From Octopus vulgaris (Eukaryota): a DNA stretch of 64,000 nucleotides. The stretch lies in contig OX597815.1 in NCBI GenBank assembly GCA_951406725.2, positions 174,034,001-174,098,000 of the forward strand. Reading direction: 5' to 3'. The position numbers were made by a program, and so were the translations under genes. The notes under the pieces are model-generated. The model saw only the letters and a program-made list of their open reading frames with translations. It had not been told where the DNA came from and ran no database searches. Below are positions 39,946 through 53,523 of this stretch, piece by piece (position 1 is the stretch's first letter; every line of letters starts with the position of its first letter).

Positions 39946-42900
39946 ACTCACCCAGGAACCTTTTGATGCCACCTCATACAAGCAGAAAACCATCCAGGGG
40001 TCAGTGTTTCTACTAGAGCCAATAAATATTTTTTTTTAATGGAAGAATCAATAAAAAAAATTGTAAAAAAAATTTAAACTATGATTTTTATAAGTCAATG
40101 GTTTATCAGATCAGACTTTAGAACATTGTGCTTCATTGATGACATAGCATTAAATGAAGACACTGGAAGATAGCTTATTGTTAACATGGAAAAGCGTGAC
40201 AACAACAATGACATCTATTCTTGCATTCTGACAAGACAGAGTGAATGATAAATAAAAGAAAAACAACAGTGACAATGACTACAACAGCAATAACGATATG
40301 TGAGCAAAGTAATTTTTTTTTATATTTTATAATACAGAACCATTAATTCAGTGATTTCCATGCCTACACTTTTAAAATGGAAACATTAATAGTATATACA
40401 TGGTACTTCCAATGCATCACAAATGAGTTAACATGCACCTACAATCTAAAATTCTGTAGAGGTTTTTTTTTTCTAATGGCCCCCATTATAAATAATTGGA
40501 GATTTGTGACATAAAAATATAAAACTGTCAAAATGTTACTGATAATCACGTCTGGTGCACATCTGTGAGTGATTATGCTCACTATTCCCTTTCTCTCTCC
40601 CTCTCTCCATATATATATGTGTGTGTGTGTCTGTATAAATACATGCACAAATATATGTGTGCATGCATGTGTGTGTGTGTGCATGCATGTGTGTGTGTGT
40701 GTGTGTCTGTATAAATACATGCACAAATATATGCATGCATGCATGTGTGTGTGTGTGTGTGTGTGTGTGCATGCATGTGTGTGTGTGTGTTTTGTGTGCT
40801 CATATGTGTATGTGTGTGGATAGACTGACAGATATGAATATAAATGTGAAGTTAAGAGAAAGAAAATATATAGTATATTAGAAGACAGAGGAGGAGAAGC
40901 AGAAAAAAGTGTACAAAAAAGATGTTATTGTTTGTTATTGTTATTACTAGTGAGTCTGCTACCGGTAAAGATGATGGTAGTATCTGTGTTCAAGATAATT
41001 ATAAAGATCCATTCTTCAGCTTTTTTACCCCAAAGTTAACTGCACAATAAGGAATAAGGTAATAAAAGACTTTTTTTATTTATAATTTTATATAATTTAT
41101 GCAGTTTTTCTTTTTAAAGAAATATATGCGTGCATGCATGTGTGTGTGTGCATGCATGTGTGTGTGTGTGTGCATGCATGTGTATGTGTGTGTGTGTTTT
41201 GTGTGCTCATATGTGTATGCATATAATACGATTTCGACTTAATCTTAAATAATGAAAATGTGACCCAGAAAATCCTAGCAATAATTCTCTACATCATAGA
41301 CATCATCAAATCTTATAAACAAACAATAGTCAAACTTCTTTTACTGGAGGTTATGTTGCAATATGCACAAGAAATTCAGCCTACAATACCCGAGTAGAGA
41401 TAACCTAAACAGTATTTGGGAGACATCCATGTATTAACATAATATATTAAATATAACTTATACAATTAGATCATCCATATAGCAAATGTATGTGTGTATA
41501 TTGCTACAGTACAGATCAGTGAGGCAAACTGGTAAAATCATTAGTGACTGAGATAAAATACTTAGTGACATTTTATGTTCTGAGATTGAATTTACCTTCC
41601 ATTCTTTCTAGGTTGGATAAAATAAAACAAGTACCAGTTGGACACTGGGGTCAATGTAATCTTTCAGTCATTTACCAAGAAGATATCTTCTAACTTTGAC
41701 TAGATTTTCCTGTCTACCATTGCTCTTCAACTGTGAGAAATGTATTCTTCTAAATTCATGATTTACATATAATGGAGTCCCCTTCCTCCGACTTAACTGT
41801 CAAGCACTTCATCTTCTCTCTCCTTCTGGGAGTACCTCTGCAACTAGAACTGTTGAATCTACTGCCCAACTTGCATCCAGCTTGTCTTTTTATGCATGTA
41901 ACAAATCCTCACCTGAATTTCCTTTCCTTAATTTGCTCTCCTCACCATGCGTTGATAGATGCCATATGTAATGAATTCTTTACTTGCTAAAATTTAACAA
42001 GTCAACTTGTTTTGTATTACAAGAAATTATTCACTAATACACTTCTCTTGAGGAGAAAATGTTTTATGTAATTCTTTAACTTTTCTCATTATAGTAATTT
42101 TCTACATTCTAGTCACAAGAAACACAGTTTTTCCTGACCTAGCCAAATAATAGTTCATTGCCTTCATATCTAACCTCTGTTATTATTGTTCTCACATCTA
42201 ACATTTCTAAGGTAATAAAGACAATCATAAATTATCACTTCATACACGACTTCAAATTATTTTCCATAAAATAATTTGATGATTTTATGGAAAATAATTT
42301 TAAAAAATTTATATAAAAGAGCAGCCATTAGTGCATGCTCCATAAAATAAGATGCCCCACAGATCTACACTTCTACACCCACAATGATCTCTTGCTTGTG
42401 AAGAATTTTAATGAAAACAAAGTTATTGTTGACATCAGAAAAAACTTCATTGTAACCAGTATTAAAATCAAATTGAAAAGCTACTTGTGTATAGATTCCT
42501 CCCACTCAAATTGGAACTCTTTTATAAAGTTGCATACTGCATGACAAGTTTTTCTTGTTTGTTTTTTTTTACTTCCAGTAGTTATAATAGAAAGTGCAAC
42601 AATAGTGACATCTGTGGGGGTCATCCTAGATTGATGTTCAGTTTAAATATCTGTAAGGTCAATGTTTAAAAGAAAAATGTGATCAAGAGAAGAATTTCAG
42701 AGGTCTAAAGTTTTGAGAGGAATGATTGGGAAAATTGTTTAATGAAGTATTTGGGGATGTCAGAAAGGGAGAGTTGAGAAAGTATCCATGGGTCATTGGT
42801 TCAGAAAAACAGATATCTTTATGAGAGAGAGAGTGTGGGGGAGGGAGAGAGAGAACTCTATATATCTGAGCTAGTTCATGAAGCCTGTTAATTATTGAAT

Positions 42901-43789
42901 CTTTACCTCTAAATTACATAACTTTGTATTAAATTTGGTCTAGAACATGAGTTAATGTGACTATAGCAATTATAGCTGTAATCAGTACCCCAGTGAGTCT
43001 TGCTTGAACTTTGTAGAGCCTCAGTAACTGGTTAAAGCTGATGTACTTTCTGGCTATGATGAGGAAGCTTAGTCATTCAGATGCAGCTATGGCAATGCTA
43101 TAGGTGTAAGGTTGTTTTGTGAGATTATAGTTTATATTTATAGTTTAGCATTTGTAGCAACCTGGAGGGTTTAATGTGCATCTTGTTCACATGTAGAGAG
43201 AATGTTACTTGTTAATAATTGAGGAGTTAAGCAATTGGATGTCATGGTGATATTGGAGGAGATTAGGTTGCTATCTCCTCATCAGATAATTTTGTTATGG
43301 TTTCTGGCCATAGAAGGAGCATGGACCTGATCTGAAATGTTCCAGATTGTGTGTAGACGATGCCTATATGCACATAATTAAGGAGGAGAGAAGATTGGAT
43401 TGAAAAGTATGTAGTCAGACAGAATCTCAAGTAAGCCATTAATGTAGTATAGAAAGAGTGTAGAAGATATAGCAAATGTAGCTGTAATTTGGGGGATGTC
43501 AGAGCTGATAAGTGAAAACAAATTAGCTGCTGTTGTGTTACTGAGCACACCAATGTGGTGGAATCAATAACTATGATGGATTCAAATGGAAGTTTTTATT
43601 GAGACACTACTACAATAGATGTTCAGGAGGATAACATCTGTTGTGCCAATGTCCCAATAAGCACAGGTTAAGAAGTCTACTTCCCAACCACAAGGTTCCA
43701 AGTTCAGTCCTACTGCATAGCACCTTGAGCAAGTGTCTTCTATTACAGCCCTGTGCTAACAAAAGCCTTGCCTGTGGATTTGGTTGATA

Positions 43790-44145
43790 GAAACTGGAGG
43801 ACTATGAAGAATAAGAGGGGGCTGAAAGCAGAGCTCTGATGAACTCCTACCTGCCCACTAAATATTTCACTGCACTTATTGTTAACTCTCACTCTATTGA
43901 CAACACCCCTGCACATGACTTTTATGACTCTCTCACAACATTCATCTACCCTAAGCTTTGTCAGTGACCAGCAGATCACAGAGAGAGGGACCCTATCAAA
44001 GTCTTTCTCCAGATCAATGAATGCTAAGTACAGTAGCTTACTTTTAACTAAGCACTTCTCCTGCAGTTATCTCACTAGGAAGAAAGAATCTAGCACTTTT
44101 CCCTGGTATAGAATTAAACTCATATTGTCTGACTCTTTTTATAAC
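43790..44145 (-). pseudogene. RTE RT fragment abutting a CORE-SINE head (43660-43790)
   Basis: DLEKDFDRV..SVICWSLTKL...GVHQSSAFSPLLFFIVLQ. Confidence 0.7.
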
Positions 44146-45008
44146 TAATTGAGCTTATAGCAGTCACATGCTGGAAGTATACAACTAACAGATAAAAACA
44201 TACATGTTTAGATGGAAACAACTGAAACTGGAAATTTAATCTAACAGTAGCATTGGCTAGAGATAATCCAGAAAAGCTTATGTATCATAAGCAATTTTTG
44301 GAAAACCAATTTAAAAATATAAATATGTAGGCGCCAGAATGCTTTTATTTTAATTTTAAAGCATTTGTACTTGCATATTTATAAAGAATGGTTTTCTAGA
44401 ATACTGCAATGAACAAAATGAAAGGCATATGATAGCTATTAAATTTGAAAGTTAAATATATGTTAGCTTTGAGCTGCAACAACAAAGAAGTAGCTCAGAA
44501 TATAAATTTATGTAGTAATTCTACTAGCATTCTCTAATAAATTTTTATAAAAGTTAATGATTCTTAATAGAATATTTAAATTTTCTCATATCATATATGT
44601 ACATAAATAAAATCACTTATATGAAGGACATGATAATGATGGTATAGGAAAATATTCAAAGAATCTTTCAGAAAAGAATACCATTTAGTGCTCAAGTCAA
44701 TAAATATGTTAATTCATATTAATACACAATTTCCTTCTTTTCTAATGAAATTAGTTATCTTACATTCAAACAATGTCAATTGATATTTCATTGCTTTTAA
44801 TCATCCAGAATTCTGAGATTAAAATATTCAAACTGGTTTTACTGTATTTGGAAATGGAAAATATTTTCACTAAAAATGTCTTTTATGCTTATTTATAAGA
44901 TTTCTAGCTTCCAACAGAATAGAATTCAGCTCTTGCAAAAGAAGATTTATTCCCCTTTAACATAAATTTCCTCATTGATAATAAGAGAGTGGAATTCCTA
45001 TATTTCAG

Positions 45009-45025
45009 ATCAAAGAACTTTTAGG
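45009..45025 (+). CDS. Candidate 17-nt micro-exon (IKELLG)
   Basis: Acceptor tatatttcag and donor GG/gtaagg. Confidence 0.25.
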
Positions 45026-45845
45026 GTAAGGATTTTGTAACTTCACATTGACTATTGCTCTCACAATATATAAGAAGTTTAATTTTGGGATTAAATAGCA
45101 TTAAAACAACATCTGAAGCTTTTGTAAAGGAATAGGATCAGAAAGATAAAGATATACAGTAAAGAAATTTGAATTATTCAAATGCCATCTTTTTTTCTTT
45201 TTTCTTCTTTCATGCAGTATCTTCTTCAGAGAACTCTGTCCATATTTCCTTACGAAACTCTTGCCTTTACTTTCATTGATTTTGCCTTTTATTACTCTGA
45301 TGATTCGAAATATTTCATCAAAGATCTATCATTAATGAAACTTCTTCCATATCAACATTCTTGTACCTTTGATGACTACAATCAGCTTCTATCCTCATGC
45401 TGCATGTACAAACTGTTTAAACAAATATCTATTTAAATATTTCCACTGGTTCCCTCTAATATTTGTAACATTATTGTTTATTGCTATAGATATTCTGTCC
45501 TTTAATAATATTTCAAATATATATAGCTTACTTCCTTGATGTTTTAACACACAAATTTATACGTTTTCTTTTCCTAGCTTTTATCGATTCTAGGTACAGT
45601 ATCACTGTTGTTACCATCATCACCATCATCATCAATGACACCATCAGCATAACACCACATCCAACTGTACCACTACCATTGATATCATCATTGCCACTAC
45701 TGTAAGTATTATAACACCAACACAATGAGTCAACAAAGATGCCTCCATGTGGTCAACTAAGCTGCAAAAAATAGCAGACATATTTCTCTCAAATCAAACA
45801 CTACTGTCTTCGAGAAAAAAAGCAGGAGACATTGAACTATCACCT

Positions 45846-46074
45846 TTAACCCTTAAGTGTTCACATTATTCTGCCAAAATTAATCCTTTTTTATCCACAT
45901 TGTTTTGAACTAATCATGCATTATCTTGTAGCTATGAGATTTTGATGAGGTAGCTGTTAATTTTTAAAACAATATTGTAGGGTTGATGTGAGAGACCAGA
46001 TCTGGCCAGTTTGGACATAAAACAGGCAGAATACTTTTGGCCGGTTATGGCCAGTTTAAATGCTAAAGGGTTAA
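45846..46074. mobile_element. piggyBac-like MITE
   Basis: TTAA-CCCTT ... AAGGG-TTAA termini. Confidence 0.65.
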
Positions 46075-46735
46075 ATACATCTAAACAAAGCTGCAATGGT
46101 CTCAACTTGAACACCTTCATCAGAGATTTGGTGTTTGAGATTAATGTGAGGCTACACAGTAATAACATTAACTCAACACACTTTCTTTTATGTGTTGGCA
46201 TAGTTTAAACAAGAATTTCTTTCATTTGTATTCATCTCTAAACAGTTGCTTTATTTGTGTTCATCTCCAAACTAAACCTTATTATTCAGTAACCTTAAAA
46301 TTAAATTATTTTAACTTCTCAACTGCCCAAGCAAAACATGAACTAAGAAGAAAACATTATTTTCTCACAAGTTTTATTTAAAAAACCAGTTATTTGTATT
46401 TGACTTTGTCAGTTTGTTCCTTGTTATATTAGCTTCCTTAATGTCATTATATTAATTATATTAATTTGTTTCATAGAATGTCAAAGAAGTCTTTTGATGA
46501 ATGAGATAATCATGAAGAGTCATTGTAAATACAGAATCACTGTAGTGTATAAAGTAACTTTTTTTCATATAATTTAATGACACTATTCTGTTATATGTAT
46601 TGTAGTTGTTTAACCCCAGGTCAATTTGAATCAAGCAGGTCTATATCTATTCTGTTGTGGCCATTCTAGCTTTTCCCTATGTGTAGGAAACTAAAAACCA
46701 CATTGACCAATGTGTTTAATTCTTTCTTTAAGATA

Positions 46736-46963
46736 TTAACCTTTTGATACCAACCCGGCTGAAACCACCTCTCGCTCTGAGTACAAATGTCTTGTTTTCA
46801 TAAGCTTTGAATTAAAATCTTCCACCAAACCTTAGTCACAATTTATGTTCTTAGCACTAGCTTAATGATAACTAAGTTATTTTACTAAATTCTTTGTTAT
46901 ATTTAAAATTAATTGAAAGAAACACAGAGCATCTCAAAATAAATGCAGTAATGAAAGGGTTAA
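46736..46963. mobile_element. piggyBac-like MITE nested in an older repeat
   Basis: TTAA-CCTTTT ... AAAGGG-TTAA termini. Confidence 0.6.
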
Positions 46964-47363
46964 GGTGTGATTTGAGAAATATTTTGGTTGCTATTTATAT
47001 CAGGTCAAGTGACCAAGTAAAGATGCATCAAATAGTTTATTCTCCCATAGTATAATATAGATGTGTGTGCTTCATCATCATCATTATCATTTTTACATTC
47101 ACTTTGCATACTGGTATGATGTGGGGGCAGGGACAATGGGCTGGAGGACATGTCTTGCTCAAGTATCTCTGTTTTGTCCTGGTTCCTACAGATGGGTACC
47201 CTTCTTAATGCCAACCATTTACAGAATGTACTGGATGCTTTTTTTCATGGTTCCAGTGCTAGTGTGGTCATTGTAACTTGCAAGACTAAAAACCTTCCTT
47301 CATTGAGTGGGCTAGGAGACAAGTAAAAAGGTGATAAGCAGAGCAGAAACAGATTTCCTGTTA

Positions 47364-47763
47364 TCTCTATATATAAAGCTGAAGTTGTCTCTGTGTGTTT
47401 GGCAGGTTTGGTAGTCTTCAACTAACACTATCTCCTCCGAGACCTTGCAATGCAAGTTGACCAAAATTGAGATTATGATAGAAGAAGGCTTGCTCTTCAT
47501 TCCGTAGAAGAAAAGATTCAAATCGGACCATGTTAAGACCAAAAATTATTTACATCAAAATGGTGCTTTTTTTCTATGAAAATCCCTATTTTTTACGATT
47601 TTTTTACTGCTGTGTCGCCATTTTTCAATATATTTCAACCAGAAAAATGTTCACTTAAAGAGAATAACAAGCTACATAATGCAAAATTTTTACTTTTCAA
47701 AAATTCCAATTCTCAAGGGTCAAAAAGAAAACAAACCTGAGCAATGCTGGGCTATACTGCTAG
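47364..47763 (+). mobile_element. Non-autonomous Helitron
   Basis: 5' TC start, subterminal imperfect hairpin cctgagcaatgctggg, 3' CTAG, inserted between A and T with no TSD. Confidence 0.65.
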
Positions 47764-48308
47764 TATTTATATAAAATATACATCTGTATATGTGGTAGTG
47801 GGGATTTTGGCCAATCCACACATAGATATACCATGTGTGTTTCTATGTCAAAAATAGGTACACAGTGACCTTGTGTGTCATAACTATCAACTAAAGGGAT
47901 TAGCATCAGGCAGGACATCTGGTCATAAAACACTGCCTCAAAAAGATCTGCTTAACCTATGCCAGCATGATGATTGTGTGTGTGTGCATAGGTGTGTGTG
48001 TGTGTGTGAGTGTGAGTGTGTGTGTGCATGCATGTGTGTGTGTGCACGCGTTTCATCAAAAGCAGTGAGTTTGGCAAAATAATTCGCCAAACTATTTTGA
48101 AACAAAATTTATTTTTCAGAATCTTGGTTGACCCTCTGACTTTGCAGATTGAGATTTTTATGCTAAGTGGCTTGGCCATATTTCTTTGAACTAGTAATCT
48201 CAGGGCTATAAATATAGTAACTAGAAGTGATCTGCATTACTAAAGATAGTAAAATTTGCAAAATAAGAAACATCAGAACTCACCTTCACTCATAGTACAT
48301 GACCTTGA

Positions 48309-48658
48309 CTTATATTTTCGGGCATATAAGGCACAACCCAATTTTGACAGGCCTAATCTGGGAGAAAAACTGCAGCTGACCCAAAATCTCAAGCTGAATG
48401 TCTCACACATTTTTGTGTAGAGAAACCTTGAAAATTTAGAGTGACACCCTTTGGTAATTTATTATGGTAGACTAAGTTACAATAATTATTTTAACACTAG
48501 AAAATATTACCACTGACCTCCACTGTCACCAGTATTGTCCATCATTGATAACACTAACGAAGTCTACCCACATCTGACCTTCAGCATATAAAGCATATGG
48601 AACTTTTGTGGGGAAATCTTTTGAAAAAATGTGTGCCTTATATGCCAGAAAATACAAT
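48309..48658. mobile_element. MITE (pogo/Tc1-type TIRs)
   Basis: tattttcgggcatataaggcaca / tgtgccttatatgccagaaaata. Confidence 0.65.
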
Positions 48659-48754
48659 ACTTTTAATCTTATAAACTGAAGAATAAGTTTGTATATTTAA
48701 GAGATGAGGAATTATGTACATTATTTATATTTAACAGATATTTGTCCTTATCTT

Positions 48755-48810
48755 GTTTGTTGTTAACACGTTTCAGCTGATATACCCCCCAGTCTTTATC
48801 AAGTGTCTTG
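48755..48810 (-). ncRNA. Decayed hammerhead motif in the PLE 3' pLTR
   Basis: UUGAUAA (decayed CUGAUGA)-agacug...cagcu-GAAAC-gu-GUUA, about 150 nt downstream of the GIY-YIG remnant on the same strand. Confidence 0.5.
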
Positions 48811-48830
48811 GGGAAATTTCGAACCTGGGT

Positions 48831-48923
48831 TATTATTATTGTTATTATTCAGGTCACTGCTTGGAATCGAACTCAGAATCTTGTGGTTAGTAGCCCATGC
48901 TCTTAACCATTACACCATATGTC
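48831..48923 (-). mobile_element. Short tRNA-like retropseudogene/SINE with (AAT)n tail
   Basis: tggtgtaatggttaagagc...gagttcgattcc A and B boxes. Confidence 0.6.
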
Positions 48924-48961
48924 TGTGGGCAATTATGGAGAGAATTTTAGGGCTTATAAAT

Positions 48962-49368
48962 CTAATATTTTCCTATCCTTCCTTAATATCAGTTCCTATA
49001 TACTATTCATATCTGCACTCGGTCTGCTTAGAAGGTTGTTGTGTCCTACCATATGTGCTGCTTCTTTTAATTTCCATATTTTCCATTGGTGTTCTCTGTC
49101 TAATATTATAACTTCATCCCACAGGGGGAGGTGGTCTCCATTTTTGTATACATGATCAGCTATACCTGATTTATCATTATCTCCTCATGTCACAGCTTTG
49201 CAATGTTCCTCTACCCTTATTTTGAGGGGGCAGCATGTTTCGCCTTTGTATGATCTACCACAGCTGCATGGGATGGAGTACACGCAGTTTTTGGTCATAA
49301 CCTCTTCTATTGGTGGTTTTACTCGAAGGAGATATTTGCGAAGTGTTGTATTACTCTTGAATACTGTC
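48962..49368 (-). pseudogene. Penelope-like element GIY-YIG endonuclease remnant
   Basis: TVFKSNTTLRKYLLRVKPPIEEVMTKNCVYSIPCSCGRSYKGETCCPLKIRVEEH..*..KSGIADHVY...H...WDEV.ILDRE..WKIWKLKEAAH, with in-frame stops. Confidence 0.85.
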
Positions 49369-49569
49369 TTTTGTAGACATTTCCAGCTATCATCTATGCT
49401 ACAGTTATCTAAATCTTTCTCCCTACTGCTTTATGCATCAATTAGGATTTCTCTTAACCTATTCCCAAATCCAAGAACTCTTAGTTTCCATTTATTTCTT
49501 CTCGATATTGTCTTCTATTTCTGTGTCTGCCAAGCTCTGACTCAGAAGTCACTAACTACTAATATATGT

Positions 49570-49960
49570 TGCATAGTGCACAGGTGTGTAGAACAGCTCT
49601 TCTGTCCTGCTTCTTGGTGAGAATGTAATATATCAGGCCTGCATATTTGCCAGATTGGTAAGTGATGAGGCAATTGTCTGGTTTCCTAAAGTGTGTGTCG
49701 CAATTTGTTTGATCAGTTGCATCAGGATACTCTAAAAGACTTATACCCTTCTCATTTCTTGAGCCATACCCATAGCCACCATGTATGTCATAGAATCCAT
49801 GATCCATGATGAATAATATGTCCATTGAAGTTGCCAGGTGTTATGATGAAGTTTCTGTCAATCTTCATCATGGAAGTTTGCAGAAGGATCTCATAGAAGT
49901 GGTCTCTCTGTTCCATCAATCCTGCCTGTAGGGCATGTGCAGAAATAACTATTGCAGGCC
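49570..49960 (-). pseudogene. RTE apurinic endonuclease fragment
   Basis: HGGYGYGSRNEKGISLLEY..ATD...THFRKP...LITYQSG.....YIL. Confidence 0.75.
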
Positions 49961-51701
49961 CTTGAAACTACATATCTACTCACAAACATCCAGACATATT
50001 CAAATCATAATAATACAAGTCTATAGACACCATTATTCTAATCTAATCCAAACAGCCACAAAATGCACAAGCACAGCAAAGTAATTACTGCTTCATATGT
50101 ACGTTAACATCATATTAGGTGGTGGGCTTCCAACCACCATCTGTAAATCCACAGTAAACAAACCAAGTTCATTACTGATATCTCTGTTGCACTTTTCAGT
50201 TGCTCAAGGACAGGTTTACAAAGAGAACAAACATAATATATTTTGAATCCTATGCACTTCACTCCACATGGCTAAGCATTAAATAGCAATACGCACAGCA
50301 TGGTTTCATAACAGATTGAAATTCAGCATATCCAGGGTTGAAAACATTTAGGATTTTCCTCAAACATTTGATTAACTATCTATCATCATAGGTCTGCTGG
50401 AGCAGAACTGACCAAGGTTACTCAACTACAGCAACATAACATGATATACATTATATATTGTATTATTATTTCATCATGGTTTATAAGAATCTGTGCTTTT
50501 AAAGCATTTGAAAAATCTTAATGCGACTTTCTGATGCTAAACAATACATTATGTTACTACTGAATGTCAAGTGTGAGTGACATGTATGTAATCTTTTATC
50601 ACTAGCTGTCACTATCAGCTAAAATCATGGTCTTTGTATTAAAGTGGTACAACTATATGATTGTAATAATCTAACTTGTTTCCTCCATATTTATAGTCAC
50701 CATTTAGGAGATATTAAACGTTACATCCAGTGTGGGAAACTTATCCAGAAACACAAATATTATGAAATGTATATAAACTATTTTGATAATTGTTCTTACA
50801 ACAAGGCTCTTTATCTCTGAACCAAATGTCAACCAGTTTGTCTTTTGCTTTCACACACATCTCACTTTCCCACCTTTTTCTATATGATTTACCATCCCAT
50901 GTAATTGTGTTTAAATTCATGTGTGTGTTTCTTCATATATATCACTATGTGTATGCATAAGTGTTTCTAATAAAAACAACTATTTTCATAAATTAGGAAT
51001 TTAAAGAAGAAATATTTTAATTTTAAGATAGACACCTGTTCCACACAATAATCAGAATACATATAACATAGACCCCTATATCATCCTGCTATTGTAAATA
51101 TTCAACTTAAATAATAAAATAACTCATCTTTCCAATAAGTATAATTTTCTATTTAACATTATAAAAGAACTGATCTTTCAATCCTATATTTTTGCATTAG
51201 AAAGCTGCTTTTCTAGAATACTTATATTTTCCTTTGTTACTGAGATTTGAATTCCATTTTTTAAAAATGAAATATTAAATAATACCATTATTCTTTTTGT
51301 AGTTTTCAAAGATATTTAATGTAGAAGCATCAACAGACTTCATGTCCAAAGAATTAAATGAATAAATAATTAATCATCAATGCATGTTATTTATTATATA
51401 TTTCATGAATAGAGCAGTGAGATGTGTGATAGCAAAGTATTTGATTAACTGCCTTACAGTTTTGTTTAATATTCCATAACAGTGAGCCAATTTGCCATCC
51501 ACTTTTGATTTTTAGTTATTGCAGTTTCACAATGCATGTATCAGTGGGAAAAGTATGATTACCATCACATCTCATTGATGTGGTGATATCCATACCTAGT
51601 GCCTAATGTATTTCATGTAGAAGCTGTTGTTTTGTTGCAACTCATCCCTGCTCAAGCAGACTTTCATTCCAGAAGCATTTTAGTCATAACCATAACATCT
51701 T

Positions 51702-51738
<37 letters not shown>

Positions 51739-53094
51739 TAAACTGCATTATCAAATGTGTCCCTCACTTTTTCAAGATGATTAGGTGTGATTTGAAGATC
51801 AGGCTGTTATTTCTAGCAGGTTGAATGTGTGAGTTAAAGCTTCCTCTATGACTTGATGTATTTCCTGTGTGAATAATAAGGTAGCCTCTTGCTACAAAAG
51901 TGTGACTCTCATATTTAAGTGGCATGGTACTACAAATAAAGTATTTAACAACACTTGCAATTTGAAACATCCGTTTCAAAGAGCAAATGTATAAGGGAAT
52001 TTTTACGACTAAGTGAAACAAAACCGTTTACTCTTCTTATTAAGGCTTCATCAATTATAAACCTAAAATTACAAATCTCACTTGAAATGAAATCAGAGTT
52101 GGTTGACAATGCAGTGAGCACAAGATCAAATTTAAGAAGTATTATGATTAGATCTCAAAGAAGAATATTTCAATAGTTTCAAAATAGTTGTTGAAAAAGC
52201 TGTTTTCCCTTTAGTATGATAGTAGTACAAATTTTATTGTTTTGAAAGTTTGTGTTACACAAGTAATTTGATAGCATCCAATTTCAATAATAGAAGAAAT
52301 CAAGACAATATTACAACTTAAAGTCTTATATTCCAGAGGATGAAGTTTTGCTAAGTGATATTTCTTTTATTCTTCAGTTTAGTCAAAAGAGAACATGACT
52401 CATAAATTATTCACTCATCTAATGCCATGTAGACTTAGTTTGCAATAAAATATATATGGCAAATACCAAGTTCAATATAGTCTATGAAAGCAAGCCTTTT
52501 ATTTATGTTCATAGGCTGCCACAATAACATAAACTAATAGAGAAACACTTTTGAAATACTACAGCTGCTGGTTGTACTTTGTGGAGAATACAGGTGAGAC
52601 TATATCTAATGGTGACAACATGAAAAATGTTAGTAGAAATTTGTAGAAAGATACAATGAATACTATACATATCATCATAATAGTATAGTTAGTTGCTGAT
52701 TCTTTGCATACCGACAAGAGATATAAGCATTTCTTTGTATACTTGCAAACAGTACAGAATATGTCAGGAGAAATAAACTATGATGAATATAATTGATATA
52801 AAATATAATGAAAAACATCGTTAACTCATGGATAGCAGTAAAACATAAATAAGAGAAGTTGTTGTTGTTGTTGTTGCTACTGTTGACAAGCCTGAAATCA
52901 GCCCTCTTTGACCATTACATCTTACCTTTCATTTTTTAAATGTTACCCTTGATTACACTACCTAAACTATCCTTTCTTAATGCAGTCCTGTGTGGTTTGT
53001 GGCATTTGGCTGCTATTTAGAGATTCAACCAGAGAAACTTCCTCAGGTCTTTATAGGAAAAATATTAGTCATTGCATAATAATATTTACTAGTT

Positions 53095-53137
<43 letters not shown>

Positions 53138-53147
53138 GCATATATAT

Positions 53148-53340
53148 AGTAAATCCAAAAAAAGAACAACAACAAACACAAAAAAAATATGAGGACGTGG
53201 TACATGTAAAGTATTAGCAAGACGCTCAGAGAAGGAAAGAAAGATGGTTTAATGTTTTGAGCAATGCTCTTCTTCAGAAACAGGAAAATCCAATAGAAAG
53301 GAAGACAGAGGAAGTCACCAACGATTCACATGTGGTTACA
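53148..53340 (-). mobile_element. PLE-like short insert with minimal HHR (53247-53281)
   Basis: guuu-CUGAAGA-a-gagc-auu-gcuc-AAAAC-AUUA-aac (consistent with CpG decay of CGAAACG). Same family as 38290-38505 and adjacent to (TA)n. Confidence 0.6.
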
Positions 53341-53523
53341 TACATACATATATATATATATAGGTGCAAGCATGGTTGCATAGTAAGAAGTTTGCTTCCT
53401 AACCACATGGTTCTGAGTTCTTTCCCATTATGTGGTACCTTGGGCAAATGTCTTCTACTATAGCCACAAGTTACCCAAAGCCTTTCAGTGAAATTGGTAG
53501 ATGGAAACAGAATGAAACCAGTT

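Noticed and set aside
42640-43600. Possible LINE endonuclease remnant
   Set aside because: Only base composition suggests it; no diagnostic motif is readable.
48831-48923. Functional tRNA gene
   Set aside because: Poor acceptor stem and an (AAT)n tail indicate a retroposed tRNA-like copy.
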